This document shows, one piece after another, positions 1-12,177 of a stretch of 63,220 nucleotides of DNA. Both the position numbers and the translations under genes were made by a program. The stretch comes from Chiloscyllium plagiosum (taxonomy: Eukaryota). The notes below the pieces were generated by a model, which saw nothing but the letters and a program-made list of their open reading frames with translations, had not been told where the DNA came from and made no database searches. The first letter of the stretch is position 1. Each line of letters opens with the position of its first letter. The stretch is from the NCBI RefSeq assembly GCF_004010195.1, contig NC_057710.1, forward strand, positions 151,211,478-151,274,697, given 5' to 3'.

Positions 1-220
1 GGCACCAACCTCCAGTCTTCCGGCACCTCACCTGTGAGTATGGATGATACAAATATCTCAGCAAGAGGCCCAGCAATCACTTCTCTAGCTTCCCACAGAG
101 GTCTCAGGTACACCTGATCAGGTCCTGGGGATTTATCCACCTTTAACCGTTTCAAGACATCCAGCACTTCTTACACTGTAATCTGGACATTTTGCAAGAT
201 GTCACCATCTATTTCCCTGT
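1..220 (-). mobile_element. CR1/HER1-type LINE ORF2 fragment
   Basis: Closely similar to 40875-41100 (VDKSPGPDQVY..TLWEAREVIAGPLAEIF motif). Confidence 0.8.
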
Positions 221-776
221 CTGTTGAGAGTTATCAAACATCTCCTATGATAATTCTTTAAATTCCAGAGTGCTGACCCCAGGTTATAAGTTTTTCATGC
301 TCTCTATATCAGGACAGACCTTAAAGCGTCTGTTTTTCTCTCCAAAGCTGCTCAACATTTCCACTTTAATTTCCTTAAAAATTTACTTTGGCTCAGTTGA
401 TCATTGATTTTCTATTTTATAGAGAGGATAAAAAGAATTTCAAGAGACAATATCTGTGTGAATGGAGTTTGTTCAGTTCCAGATTATACACAAGATGCTT
501 TTGCAAAGATGTTACCCTGCCATCCCAGTATGTATCTGCTGGACGTACCAGTGCCAGTAAAATTAGATCAGTTACATAATTGTTACTGATATTAATGGAG
601 GTCACGTTAATGACAAGTTTACGTAATACCAAGGAAAATATACTTTTTAAGTAATCTGTTGTACATTCAAATCTGTTTCAGGTTATTAAAGCAGCCACCG
701 TATTTGCTGGTGCTATGTAAAACATAATGTTGCTTGAATTCTCTTGAATGAGGTAACAACTCCCTTTATTCTTTAG

Positions 777-868
777 GGTTCCAAATGATAAAGCCAAGGC
801 TGTGTATTCGTGTGAAGCAGAACATTACTCTGAGTTATCCTTCAAAGTAGGAGCCATATTTGAAAATG
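777..868 (+). CDS. ARHGAP10: Penultimate coding exon of a GRAF-family RhoGAP (N-terminal half of SH3 domain), ARHGAP10-like
   Basis: Acceptor tccctttattctttag (AG 775-776), donor gtgagt at 869. Translates VPNDKAKAVYSCEAEHYSELSFKVGAIFEN, an SH3 motif; AVY.CEAEH.SELSF..GAIFE resembles ARHGAP10 more than ARHGAP26/42. Splices in phase to the 3830 exon. Confidence 0.88.
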
Positions 869-2424
869 GTGAGTGTGACCAGAGATCTTCAATTATTTTC
901 CCCAGCTATGAACTGCATTGTACTCGTTACGAAACAGAAATATTGTACTCCAAAGTTATTTGTTAATCATCCATTCAATCTAGATTTGATTGGTACTGGC
1001 GAAACCACCTTGTGTTTTGGCTAAACAGGGCATCACTCATTCTCCTTCTGTGTAAAACCAGATCACCTTCCCAAAGACCTTTGGTGTTCCCTACCCAGGT
1101 AGTTGGGTTTTAGGTCTAAATTCAAATCTCGCTGTTGGAGTGGAATACATTTTCAGTCTCCCGTAATGCATTGGTTAGAGTCGAGAGTCATTATCGTTCT
1201 CACAGTTTGACTTTTTTTTCCAGCCAACCTGCAATGTTTGTTTCTTTCAGGATTTTCACTTGGGAAGTTAGAATGTTGTCTGCTAAAAACAGTGGCACTG
1301 TCCTTACTATAGCATGGGTTATGTTCACAAACAATTTATCCTTTTGTGTGGAAGGTCAACCTATAGGTAATCTCAGAAATATTTGGTGTTTGGAATACCC
1401 GGAATTCTCCACTTCAATATTTTGGATAGCTACCAGCTCCTGTATTTCTGACAGGGTGTATAGGTCACATCATCTTGGAGACTAAAACTGTTTGCATTTC
1501 CCCCTCTTTTTGGTCCCACAAATAAAGTGCAGATTTAATCTTGAAGGTGTCCCATTGACTCTGATGTATGCCATCAGATGGAATCAAGACTCTGGTGCTA
1601 AGATTTCTTCTCTGAGTTTGTGGAGAGTTTGGTATGCATCCCGTTCAACAAGTATTCTGCTTTACTTGCCAGTTAATAAAAGTAATGACTGTTAGAGCAT
1701 CATCTCCATTCTTAAGTAATAAATACTTTGATCAATTTATAAGATAGTCCACAAACCAAGCTATTGTTCCAGTGAAAAATACTCTCTCTAATCATGGTCT
1801 AATGTCCTTCAAGCTTTTGATAATCCAAAATAAGTGCTAGAAATAATTTTTGTATTCAGGTTCACATTGCAGCTATTCTGTGTCCTTTCAGCCAAGTTTT
1901 GTGCAGTTCCTGAAGTGGTTCATTGTTGTCAAATTTTAAACTAATTATGGAACCGTGCTGTGAAAAACCTCCTGTAGTTTTGAATTGGGATCTTCAGACT
2001 CTTTCAAAAGTTAAGATTTTCATTCATTTGAATGTATCTGAATGTGTCATCTTCAGTTTCTTTACATGAAAAACTGGACTCTTAGATTCATTGTGCATAG
2101 TTGGAAAATTAGAAAGTTTGTTGAGTCAGTCAGTTTGGAATTCTGTCAGAAGACTGCTTAAGGGGGACACACACATTCCCCTAAGTAAAAATTGCTTCTC
2201 AGTTTCATTTGAACCAATACTTTTGATATTTTACCTCAAGTAAGGCATTGTTTTCTCTGTTAAATGGTCGTAAAAGCATCAGTATCTCTTGAATGGAGCA
2301 CTATGGGGTGTCTCGATGATTATTTGTTTCCTATGGTACAAAGGGCAAAACAGGACCAATTGTGATTGCTACATGAATGTTAACTTTCCTTCTAATTGTT
2401 ACCAATATTTCATTTTGTTTGATC

Positions 2425-2730
2425 TTGGAATGTGAACAACACTGGTAAAGTCAAAATGTATTGCCCATCTGTAACAGCTCTTGAGAAGTGGTGATGAATC
2501 TTTTGAACCACTGTGGTCCTGTGATACAGGCAAGCAGTCTTATGGAGGGAGCTCCAGAATATTAACCAACTTACAGCAAGGGAACAGCAAAATAGTTCCC
2601 AGTAAGCATTAGTAACTTAGTGAACTTGCTGGCAATCGTGTTCCCATGCATTTCCATCCCTTGTCTGTCTAACTGGTAAAGATCATGTATTTGGAAGGTA
2701 CTGTCTCAAATGAATCTTAGCAAATTTGCA
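2425..2730 (-). mobile_element. Degenerate LINE 3' end (L2/CR1 group), same family as 16320-16900
   Basis: Reverse complement of the ...caccacttctcaag..gatgggcaata.. tail shared with the SINE at 2975-3335. Confidence 0.5.
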
Positions 2731-2974
2731 GGAAAGAAACTAAAGAGACATTAAAGTTAATTCTGTCTCTTCCACGATTTTGTATATTTTTACTGTTCAT
2801 GGACTAATTTATAAAGGACATAATTTGTTGAAGCTTTTTTTTGTCTTGCACCCACCAGGACAATTTGCAAGAAGTACCAAAGTAAAGGGAAAACAATACA
2901 AGTACTATGTGAGAGGAGTGTACTGATTGGCAGAAGGGTTACCATGATGATTCAGCAGTTAATGATTTTATAAT

Positions 2975-3335
2975 GATGACAGGGAAGGCATGGCTGAGTG
3001 GTACTAACGAGGACTGTTTAATCCAGAGACCCTGGTAATGTTCTGAGAACCTGGGTTCGAATTCAACCACGGCTGATGGAATTTGAATTCAATAAAAATC
3101 TGGAACTAAGTGTCTGATGATGATGAAACCATTGTCGATTATTGGAACAACCCACCTGGTTCACTAATGTCCTTGAGGGAAGGAAGCTGCCATCCTTACC
3201 TGGTCTGGCCGACATGTGACTCCAGATCCAAAACAATGTGGTTGACTCTTAACTGCCCTCTGGGCAATTAGGGATGGGCAATAAATGCAGGCTTAGCTAG
3301 TGATGTTCTCATCCCACAAATGAATAATAAAAAAG
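2975..3335 (+). mobile_element. tRNA-derived SINE (SacSINE1-like), near full length
   Basis: B-box-like gggttcgaattc; body gaaggaagctgccatccttacctggtctggcc; tail gggcaattagggatgggcaataaatgc...gaataataaaaaa. Related copies at 6740-7060, 17765-17945 and 20350-20405. Confidence 0.65.
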
Positions 3336-3829
3336 ATTGACAGCTAACAGCTAAACACAGTTTACATTGTAAACAAGACAGGCTGTCTCAGGTCAAAGTG
3401 TTTTGTTGAGTTGAAATAGGTGCAGTGTGTGGACATGTGCTTTCTGTTTGCCAAGAACAAGGCCCTGTATGTTAATAAATGTAGCTTATAAATAATACAA
3501 GTCACAGAGTCTGTAATACAGTGTGTAATACTGTGAGTCCAATGAACAACCTTTAACAGAGTCATCTCGACTCGGAACGTGAGCTTGCTCTCCATGGTTG
3601 CTGGCTGACCTGCTGCGATCTCTAGCATTTATTATTTTCAGGACAATCCTGACGATCTTTTTCAGCAATTCTCAAGTTCGGTGCGATGAAATGGTCAGTG
3701 TAAAAAAAGAAATTCTGTGCATGTAGTATGTTGGTATGTTTGCTTATTCTAATAAAATAAAATTTCCAATAAAATAAGTGATGGTTTGCACTGAAATTAA
3801 AACTTGTTCTTTGCTTTTTCATTCCCCAG

Positions 3830-3918
3830 TTCACTTCTCACAGGAACCTGGCTGGTTGGAAGGAACTCTCGATGGCAAAACAGGGCTCATTCCACAAAAT
3901 TATGTTGAATTCCTGTAG
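3830..3918 (+). CDS. ARHGAP10: Last coding exon of ARHGAP10-like gene (C-terminal half of SH3 domain and stop)
   Basis: Acceptor ttgctttttcattccccag (AG 3828-3829). g868+tt gives V, then [31 protein letters not shown] at 3916-3918; SH3 GW...GLIP.NYV signature. Confidence 0.9.
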
Positions 3919-4840
3919 CACCGAACCCCGTTTAAATTTATAGAAAATGCTATTCATGGTATCCATGGCCATGTCCTTGATGGAACAGAATTCCTGTTTG
4001 TTTGAACCTAACTCCATGACTGAGATTTCTCAATTGGAATCAAGAGGAATATCAATTTCTATAACTAACATACAACCAATCTCAAACCTCTGTAAACCTG
4101 TGTGCTTTTAAAACTTCAATATTGCCCAAAGTGTTACTGTAACTACTTCATGTCATTTTAATTATTACAAGCTTTTATTATAGGATGAATTGGTACAGTT
4201 TTAACAATATGTTTGATGTTGTAATAACCTGAAACAAAACTCGTTCTATCTGTTTTGACTTCAGTCTACTTTCTATGAATTCTCTTATTTTCATGTTGCT
4301 TTCTCAGCAAATGAAGAAGGACTCGCAATAAAAGGTTGTTTGGGGGTGGGGGAGAGTTGTTCCTGTGAAGTTTTACTTTTTCATTGTTGATTATGTCAAA
4401 TGGTTAGATGTTTCAGTTTTAAGAAACATTGGGAGAGCTTTTTTTTACAAAACATCTTGTGCATTTCTACAACATGTGAAGTAATTTGCTGCATTTTATC
4501 TTTCAATATCAAATAACAGACCTAATGATGGCAATGGACTTTCATTTTAACATAATGTTAGTGAATGTTGGATAGGGTTTTCATCGATATTTGAAAATTG
4601 GGAAATTCCATTCAGTTTTTAACAAGAAGAGGTATTTACAGATTCCTCACTGTGTATTTGTATTTATTTTAACTATGTGAAATGTATTATTTCTGATTTA
4701 ATGATTTATTGTACTTCTGAAAACTATCCTTAAATAATCACATGCGCCTGAACATGGTCAACAAAGTCACAAACCTAAAGCCTTCAGAAATCTTTATTCT
4801 GTAACTGTATGAGAAAATAAAGATCACTATCAGTGATAGT
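3919..4840 (+). other. ARHGAP10: Probable ARHGAP10 3' UTR with polyadenylation signals
   Basis: AT-rich, repeat-free stretch after the stop; AATAAA at 4327-4332 and 4816-4821. The end point is inferred. Confidence 0.55.
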
Positions 4841-5218
4841 TTCACAATTTTATTATTAATTTGATTGAAGCATGTGATTCTCAATATTTAATTTAATTTT
4901 AATATTTACTGAAATTTCCTTAAATTATTTCAATTCAATCTTAGTTTTAAAGTAACTAAATTGGGTCACTTCCATTGTGGCGCAATTTATAAATTAGTCT
5001 GAATTTTAAGTTTCACATTTTCAACTGCTTTTTTTAATGTGTGTTCTGTTGAGAGATTGCAAATCAATCGCATTTGGGTGTGCAGTAATACTTTGCTGGT
5101 GTTATCTATCATTGCTGAGTCATTCCACTTGTTATAAAAATTTGGGTAATATAATTGCTGATGTCAGCCATGGAGGCATTAAAGGAAGTGCCATTTTCTC
5201 CAGTGCACTAGGGTCAAG

Positions 5219-5490
5219 AAAGTTAAAAATCTCACAACACCAGGTTATAGTCCAACACATTTAATTGGAAGCACTAGCTTTCGGAGCGCTGCTCCTTCAT
5301 CAGGTAATTGTGGAGTACATAATTGTAAGACACAGAATTTATAGCCTTACAACTGTGTACTCCACAATCACCTGACAAAAGAGCAGCGCACCAAAAGCTA
5401 GTGTTTCCAATTGAACCTGTTGGACTATAACCTGGTGTGGTGTGATTTTTAACTTTGTACACCCCAGTCCAACACCGGCATCTCCAAATC
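5219..5490. mobile_element. Penelope-derived short element (family A) as an inverted dimer carrying hammerhead motifs
   Basis: 5219-5318 is the reverse complement of about 5356-5457 (cacaacaccaggttatagtccaaca / tgttggactataacctggtg). The same unit occurs at 6295-6382, 21827-22832 and 39282-39400. Confidence 0.75.
5272..5306 (-). ncRNA. Minimal type-I hammerhead ribozyme motif (family A), intact core
   Basis: Minus strand reads TAC-CTGATGA-A-GGAGC-AGC-GCTCC-GAA-AGCT-A-GTG: conserved boxes, 5-bp stem II, palindromic stem III, CUA cleavage triplet, 3-bp stem I. Confidence 0.75.
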
Positions 5491-6040
5491 AGGGTTAGGA
5501 AAATAAGTATTAACCAGGACCCATAGTTCTGATAACTGTCCTGTGGAAGTCAAGGCAGGACAAGGTCACACAGTCACTTAGAGCTACCACAGTAAGGCCC
5601 AGAGACCATGTCTGAGTGAGATATAGACAGACTGTAGGAGAGAATTTGATTCCCTGGGATTGGTGTGCAGGAGAAAGAGGTGATTTAAGGAAGGTTTATT
5701 TCAACTTGTGATGTTTTAGTTCAATTTATTAGTACAAGGTTTTATTAATAGTGTAATGTTTATTAGTATTGGTAAGCTTTTTATTAGCATTAACAGGATT
5801 ACCTTGTTAAAAAAATAAATAAAGGATTGGCTTGGCTTTTTCAGCTTTGAGAATGCCCATCCTGCAGTACATGGGAATTCTGGAGACGTTTCCTGTGTCC
5901 CGGATAAACATTGATGCGGGAAGTGAATCCATAATAGCAACTTGAGCTTCAATGTTCATAATTTGAACAGCTGTCGTCATCACTGCACTGTGTCTATTTC
6001 ATGAGAGCTACTGCGCAAGCATGTTTATAGGTGTGGTCAC

Positions 6041-6168
6041 TAGGAGAAAGTGAGGACTGCAGATGCTGGCGATTAGAGCTGAAAAATGTGTTGCTGGAAA
6101 AGCGCAGCAGGTCAGGCAGCATCCAAGGAGCAGGAGAATCGATGTTTCGGGCATAAGCCCTTCTTCAG
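6041..6168 (-). mobile_element. Penelope-derived short element (family B) with hammerhead motif at 6141-6168
   Basis: Minus strand CTGAAGA-A-GGGC-TTAT-GCCC-GAAACATC followed by gattctcctgctccttggatgctgcctgacctgctg; same tail as the Penelope copy at 15385-16022. Confidence 0.75.
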
Positions 6169-6294
6169 TCACTCGATAGCTGGACTGTATATGGGGTGAG
6201 AGGGAATGGGGTGATCATCGGGTAGTACAGTCCCATCAGTGCACCGTGCCAGTTAGACTGCAATCTTGCTTGCTTACTTTGATTATGATTTGGA

Positions 6295-6382
6295 CAACCA
6301 CCTGATGAAGGAGCAGCGCTCTGAAAGCCAACGCTTCCAAATAAACCTGTTGGACTATAACCTGGTGTTGTGTGATTTTTAC
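6295..6382 (+). mobile_element. Family A Penelope-derived fragment with hammerhead core (cleavage site mutated)
   Basis: CTGATGAAGGAGCAGCGCTCTGAAAGCCA at 6302-6330, then aataaacctgttggactataacctggtgttgtgtg. Confidence 0.7.
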
Positions 6383-6739
6383 CTTGATTAGTAACTCTAC
6401 CTTTCAGTTCTCTAGCCACATCCTTGTTTACGGACATTTTTTGACTTCCCTTTGTGATTGCTTGACAGCTTTAATTAAAAAACCTTTTGATGGTATCTAG
6501 GGCCCTTTCAATCTCTACCCAGGCCATTCCTCTCAGTGTCTCATTGATATTTAACAAATCATTCCATCATGGGCTGAATATAGAAGGGGAAGTGGTGTGA
6601 CGTAGTGGTGCTGTCACTAGATGAGTAATCCATACTTCTCACCCTGACAGATGGTGAAATTTGAATCCAATTAAAATACAAATACAAAGTTATATCTATA
6701 AAACCTTAACCATCAATTGGCATTAAGGCCCAATGATTG

Positions 6740-7060
6740 GGCAAGAGATGGCCTAGTGGTATGATCACTCGACCCTGGTAATATTCTGAGCACCTGGGTT
6801 TGAATCTTGCTATGACAAATCATCGAGTGTGAATTCAATAATTGTCTGGAATTAGGAGTCTAATGATGGCCGTGAAACCACTGCCGATTATCAGGAAAAG
6901 TCCATCTGGTTCACCAATGCCCCTTGAGGGCAGGAAATCTGCCATCTTACCTGGTCTGGCCTACATGTGACTGCAGATTCACAGCAATGTGGTTGACACT
7001 TAGCGCAGTTAGGGATGGGTAATAAATGCTGGCCTAGCCGATGACTCCTACAGCCCATGA
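6740..7060 (+). mobile_element. SacSINE1-like SINE copy
   Basis: Homologous to 2975-3335 (ggaaatctgccatcttacctggtctggcctacatgtgac; tail gggatgggtaataaatgctggcctagcc). Confidence 0.6.
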
Positions 7061-7141
7061 TTGATGCCTACATAATTTCCAATTAAAGCATTGCATATCA
7101 CACAAACCAAGCTATTTGACAACATTTACACATCATTAACG

Positions 7142-7955
7142 TAGAATAGTACAGGCCCTTCGACCCTTGATGTTGCACCGACCTGTGGAACCAGTCTGAA
7201 GTCCATCTAACCTACACTATTCCATTCTCGTCCATATGCCTATCCAATGACCATTTAAATGCCCTTAAAGTTGGTGAGTCTACTACTGTTGCAGGAACGG
7301 CGTTCCACACCCCTTACTACTCTCTGAGTAAAGAAACTACCTCTGACATCTGTCCTATCACCCCTCAATTTAAAGCTATGTCCCCTCTTGTCAGCCATCA
7401 CCATGAGGAAAAAGACTCTCACTGACCACCCTATCTATCCCACTGATTATCTTATATGTCTCAATTAAGTCACCTCTCAACATCCTACTCTGTAACAAAA
7501 ACAGCTTCAAGTCCCTCAGCCTTTCCTCATAAGACCTCCCTCCAAACTAGGCAACATCCTAATAAATGTGGGCGGCACGGTGGCATAGTGGTTAGCACTG
7601 TTGCCTCACAGCGCCAGAGACCCGGGTTCAATTCCCGACTCAGGCGATCTGTAACAAAAACAGCTTCAAGTCCCTCAGCCTTTCCTCATAAGACCTCCCT
7701 CCAAACCAGGCAACATCCTAATAAATCTCTGAACCCTTTCTAAAGCTTCCACATCCTTCCTATAATGCAGTGACCAGAACTGTATGCAATATTCCAAGCG
7801 CGGCCACACCAGAGTTTTGTACAGCTGCAGCATGACCTCACAGCTCCGAAACTCAATCCCTCTACCAATAAAAGCTAACACACTGTATGCCTTCTTAACA
7901 ACCTGGGTGGCAACTTTCAGGGATCTATGTACATGGATACTGCGATCTCTCTACT
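7142..7955 (-). mobile_element. CR1-type LINE 3' fragment, interrupted by a SINE head and a 79-bp duplication
   Basis: ORF 7675-7881 has the CR1 C-terminal motif LYKTLVWPRLEYCIQFWS..ALERVQR. Confidence 0.85.
7568..7647 (+). mobile_element. 5' tRNA-like head of an HE1-type SINE only
   Basis: gggcggcacggtggcatagtggttagcactg...cccgggttcaattccc matches the first 80 bp of 45279-45600. Confidence 0.85.
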
Positions 7956-8184
7956 CAACTTGGCAGTGTTTAATGTTTGGTTCATTTGTTCTACCTTGTC
8001 TGAACTCCAGGTGTGGTGTGGAATATGGAACATTTGCCTTTTTCCTAGTAATTGGCATTCTTTCTTCACTATTTAGCCCATGAAATGGGTTTTTCAATCC
8101 AAATTTATTTGGAGGGGCATTCCCCACTATGGGGTTTCTTTGTGAGAAATGTTGAAACAGGTCAGGGCTGAGTCATAGTGCTAA

Positions 8185-8350
8185 ATAAAAGCCGAAAGAA
8201 TTGCAGATGCTGGAAGTCATAAACAAAAAAACAAAATTAATATTTTGAGTTGGGTCTGTGGAAGGGTCACTTGACCCGGAAATGTTCACTCTGATTTCTC
8301 TCCACGGATGGTATCAGATTTGCTGAGCTTTTCCAGCAGTTTCTGTTTTT
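8185..8350. mobile_element. Older Penelope-derived short element with decayed hammerhead motif
   Basis: gcagatgctgg head, ctgtggaagggtcacttgacccggaaatgtt (GGGTC/GACCC stem), ttttccagca tail. Confidence 0.5.
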
Positions 8351-9227
8351 AAGTCATACCGAACTGGGAACTGTCCACCCGTGGTCACTAGACAATATGT
8401 TTCCCTTTTTGCTATCAGTTAGGAGATCGATGAAGTCAATTTGTAGGTCCTCCCAAGGGTTTTTACTCTAGCTTGGTTGGTTGACAGGGTTTATAACCTT
8501 TCCTGTATTATGCCTTAAACAGATCAAAACCTTCTTGGCCATTTCCTGGCCCAAGCCCAGACCACTACCAGTGGCACTCTCTCCTTCTGCACCATTCCGT
8601 GGTATATTTCCAACAAGTAGACACACACCATGGAACTGCTAATCAACCTTCCTTTTACCAAATGTCATCCTCTCCTTTTCAGGCCCCTGTTCTTTCCCAC
8701 TGTTCCTGGGCTTTTTCCTCATAAAAGTTTTAACATTGACCTCCTCTGGGTCAAAGGTACTTGTTGCCAAAGTCAGAGTTTTTGCAATGTCTTTTGCCTC
8801 CTTTTGCTTTCTGGATGTAACCATCTATTCTTAGCTGGACCTTGACTTTTCTGAAAGCCCCCTTAACTGACGGCTTGCTGCCTCCACTGGTGGTTGAAGA
8901 ATTTCTTTGTGTCTGATGAGACCTTCTGCAATCTCGAAGGCACATTGACAATGCTAGTAAATGTTTATGTGTTCACTGTCACACCATTTCTCTAGGAATG
9001 CTACTAGCTTATCTATGTAAGCAGAGAAACCCCTTCCAGAGTTCCTTGTTTCACCATTAACCCTTTCCGTTATATTCTGGCCCATAGAATCTTGGGCTTT
9101 CCATCTATCTAGCTTACAATCCCTGACTACAAACAATTCCTCAACTTACTCTGAAGGGGATGTCCTTAACTCCACTACTTTCCTCATCTCTAACTTGTAT
9201 TTTACAATAATGGGCCTCTCCCTCTGA

Positions 9228-9740
9228 TACACTGTTGGAATATTGCATGCAATTCTGGTCTCCTTCCTATCAGAAAGATGTTGTAAGTCTTGAAAAAGTT
9301 CAGAAAAGATTTACAAGCTATAGGGAGAGGTTGAATAGGCTAGGGCTATTTCCCCTGGAGCATCGGAGGCTGTGTGGTGACCTTATAGAGGTTTATAAAA
9401 TCATGAGGACATGGATAGGGTAAATAGACAAAGTGGGGGAGTCCAGAACTAGAGGGCATAGGCTTAGGGTGAAAGGGGAAAGATATAAAAGAGACCTAAG
9501 GGGCAACTTTTGCACACAGAGAGCGGTAAGGGTATGGAATGAGCTGCCAGAGGAAGTGGTGGAGGCTGGTACAATTGCAACATTTAAGAGGCATTTGGAT
9601 GGGTATATGAATAGGAAGGGTTTGAAGGGAAATGGGCTGGGTGCTGGCAGGTGGGACTAGATTGGATTGGGATATCTGGTCGGCATGGACGGGTTGGACC
9701 GAAGGGTCCATTTCCATGCTGAACATCTCTATGACTCTAT
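9228..9740 (+). mobile_element. CR1/HER1 LINE 3' end
   Basis: LEYCMQFWSP..LEKVQKRF and SRTRGH..RVWNELP motifs; 3' tail ctctatgactctatg. Confidence 0.9.
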
Positions 9741-9744
9741 GAGT

Positions 9745-10645
9745 ATCCTTTCTGTCGGGAATAGTGTTACAGCTGCAGTGAAAGTGCAGAGAAAGATCAA
9801 CTTTAATATATGAGAGGTCCGTTCAAAAGTCTGACAACAATGGGGAAGAAGCTGTACTTGAATGTGTTCATATATACTTTTGTATCTTCAGCCGTACGAA
9901 AGAGATTGGTAGAAAGTACAACTGGAGTGGGGGGGGTGGGGGGGGGGGGGGGGGCTGATTATGCTGACTGCTCTCTTGTGGTGGTGGGAGTCAATGGATG
10001 GAAGGCTAGTTTACAAGCTGCATGGGGCTATGTTCACAGCTCTCTCATTTGCTGTGGTCTTGGGCATAGCAGTTACCACACTTAGCTGTGAAGCATCTGG
10101 ACAGGATGCTTTCTATGGTGCATTTATAAAAATTGGTAAGTGTCTTTATGGACATGCCAAATTTCCTTAGTCTCTGAGGAAGCAGCAGCATTGGTGTGCT
10201 TTCTCGACCGTAGCATCAATGTGGATGGTCCAGGAGAGATTCTTGGTAATATTTACTCCAAGGAACTTGAAGCTCTTGATCATCTGCACCTCAGCACCAT
10301 TGATCCAGACAGGGGAGTGCCCTCCAATCTACTTCCTGTAATCAATGACCAGCTCTCTTCCAGTTTGCTGACATTGAGGGAGAGGTTGATGTCTTTACAC
10401 CATGCCACCTAAGCTCTCTATCTCTTTCCTGTATTCTGACAATGTTTGAGATCTAACCCACTACGCTGATATCATCAGCAAACTTGTGAAGAGAGTTAGA
10501 GCAGAATTTGGCCACACAGGGGTGAGTGTATAAGTAGTATAGTAAAGGGTTGAGTACACAGGCTTGTGGGGCACTGGTGTTGAGGATTATTATGGAGGAG
10601 GCATTGTCACCTATCCTTACTGATTGTGATCTGCAGGTCAGGATT
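9745..10645 (-). mobile_element. Rex1/Babar-like LINE 3' fragment, decayed
   Basis: Minus strand carries fragments such as KFADD, NLSLNVSK, FKFLGVNIT.NLSW..HIDAT typical of Rex/L2-group reverse transcriptase C-termini. Confidence 0.65.
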
Positions 10646-11379
10646 AATTAAGTAATTTACTTTCCAAATTAAAACCGGTATATTTCTGTGACATTGCTTC
10701 TAAATCTGTTTGATTATGCGCCCTTTGTGCTCTGTGGTAGGTGTTGAGAGCGACTAGAATAACAAAGGATGCTATCTCAGTCACATTGTGAGAACAGGAA
10801 CATGAATTGGTTTGAACTGAGGAATCTGTGACATGGGGTCAGGGGACAAAGTTCCATGCACACAGCAAAATCAGAATTTCCTAAACAAATTTCCTCCTCA
10901 CTTAACACAGCTGTGATATAAACAGAAGCTAATTAATTGAACAATTTTAAACTGTTCTTCAAATCACTAAGGTACATAGAAGAGCAGCAAACTGCTCAAT
11001 TTTAAGCATTAATGAGTTTTTAGTTGAACTATTAGTTTCACAATATCAATTTCAGTCATTAATAAATTGTATGAGCAAAGTTCTGTTTGTTTAAGCATCA
11101 CTTTAATTCTGATGATTTGGAGTTGTACAAAGGAAAATATTTTTAAATTTTACTGTCTTGCTTTATTGACATTATTTATTGTTGCCTTGTGGATAAATTG
11201 GAGAATTCTAAAATCTTTATTTTTAAATAACAAATGCTGGATAATAGGGCCTCATTTCTAGCATGCTACTCCAGTGAGGAATAACTGCAGAAACTGAGGA
11301 CTGGTTCATCGAGAATTTCACAGGCAGCGAGAAGTTGACAGATAGGACTATGAAGCCCAGTGAGGTAAAATAGGCAAAA

Positions 11380-11570
11380 CAAAACTGCTGGAGATATTCA
11401 GCAGGTCTGACAGCATCTGTGGAGAGAAAACAATGTTAACATTTTGAGTCTGTTTCTTCAGAAAGGTTACTGGATTTGAAACATTGACTCTGCAATCTCC
11501 CTACAGACGCTGCCAGACCTGCAGCTCTTTTATTGTTTCAGACTTAGGGCATCAGCAGTTCTTTGTTTTA
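11380..11570. mobile_element. Older Penelope-derived inverted short element
   Basis: gcaggtctgacagcatctgtggagaga pairs with tctccctacagacgctgccagacctgc; decayed gaaacatt core between them. Confidence 0.5.
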
Positions 11571-12177
11571 AGTAAAAGACAGTTGTGTTTTCTTGTTTTT
11601 ATATATTTTTTTTAAAATTTCATCTTAAAATAAAATAAAATAAAAGTAAAAATGCTTTTTTAAGCAAGGATTAGTAATCTACAATACAGGAGCACACTAT
11701 TTGGTACATAGATTGCACAAGACTGTATGAGGGGAAACTCTGACATTTAATATTGCTGCCTGACTCAGCTAGGACAAATAATGATAATAATCAATATGTG
11801 TGAACACATTTTCAAACTAAATACTTCTTATTGTTCTACTCTAGATCATCAAGATCGTGATAGGTTGATGACAGTGAAGCAAATTAAAGAATTTTGCTCA
11901 TGTAAGAAAAAGCCGCTGTTAAATTAACAACTAGTACGTGGAAGTTTTTTTTTACTTGTTTGAAGTGTACTCTGCGTTAGTGTCAGCATTGCTAGCTTCT
12001 GCTAACAGAAACATGGAAGCAATTTAAATATAAAACGAACCATAGCCAAAATAACCATCCAAATTCAACTGGGTAATGACAGAATTGGGTTGTCCTCTAA
12101 TCTCAGGTTTCAAATAACTATTATTTAAAAGGACGATCTTCATTTATCTGAAAATATCATAAAGGATAATCGATCAA

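Noticed and set aside
388-632. Overlapping short ORFs upstream of the first SH3 exon as a possible extra ARHGAP10 exon
   Set aside because: No recognisable GRAF-family similarity and no convincing in-phase splice pair.
9926-9956. Long G-run as a G-quadruplex element
   Set aside because: Homopolymer expansion inside a LINE fragment, prone to sequencing error.
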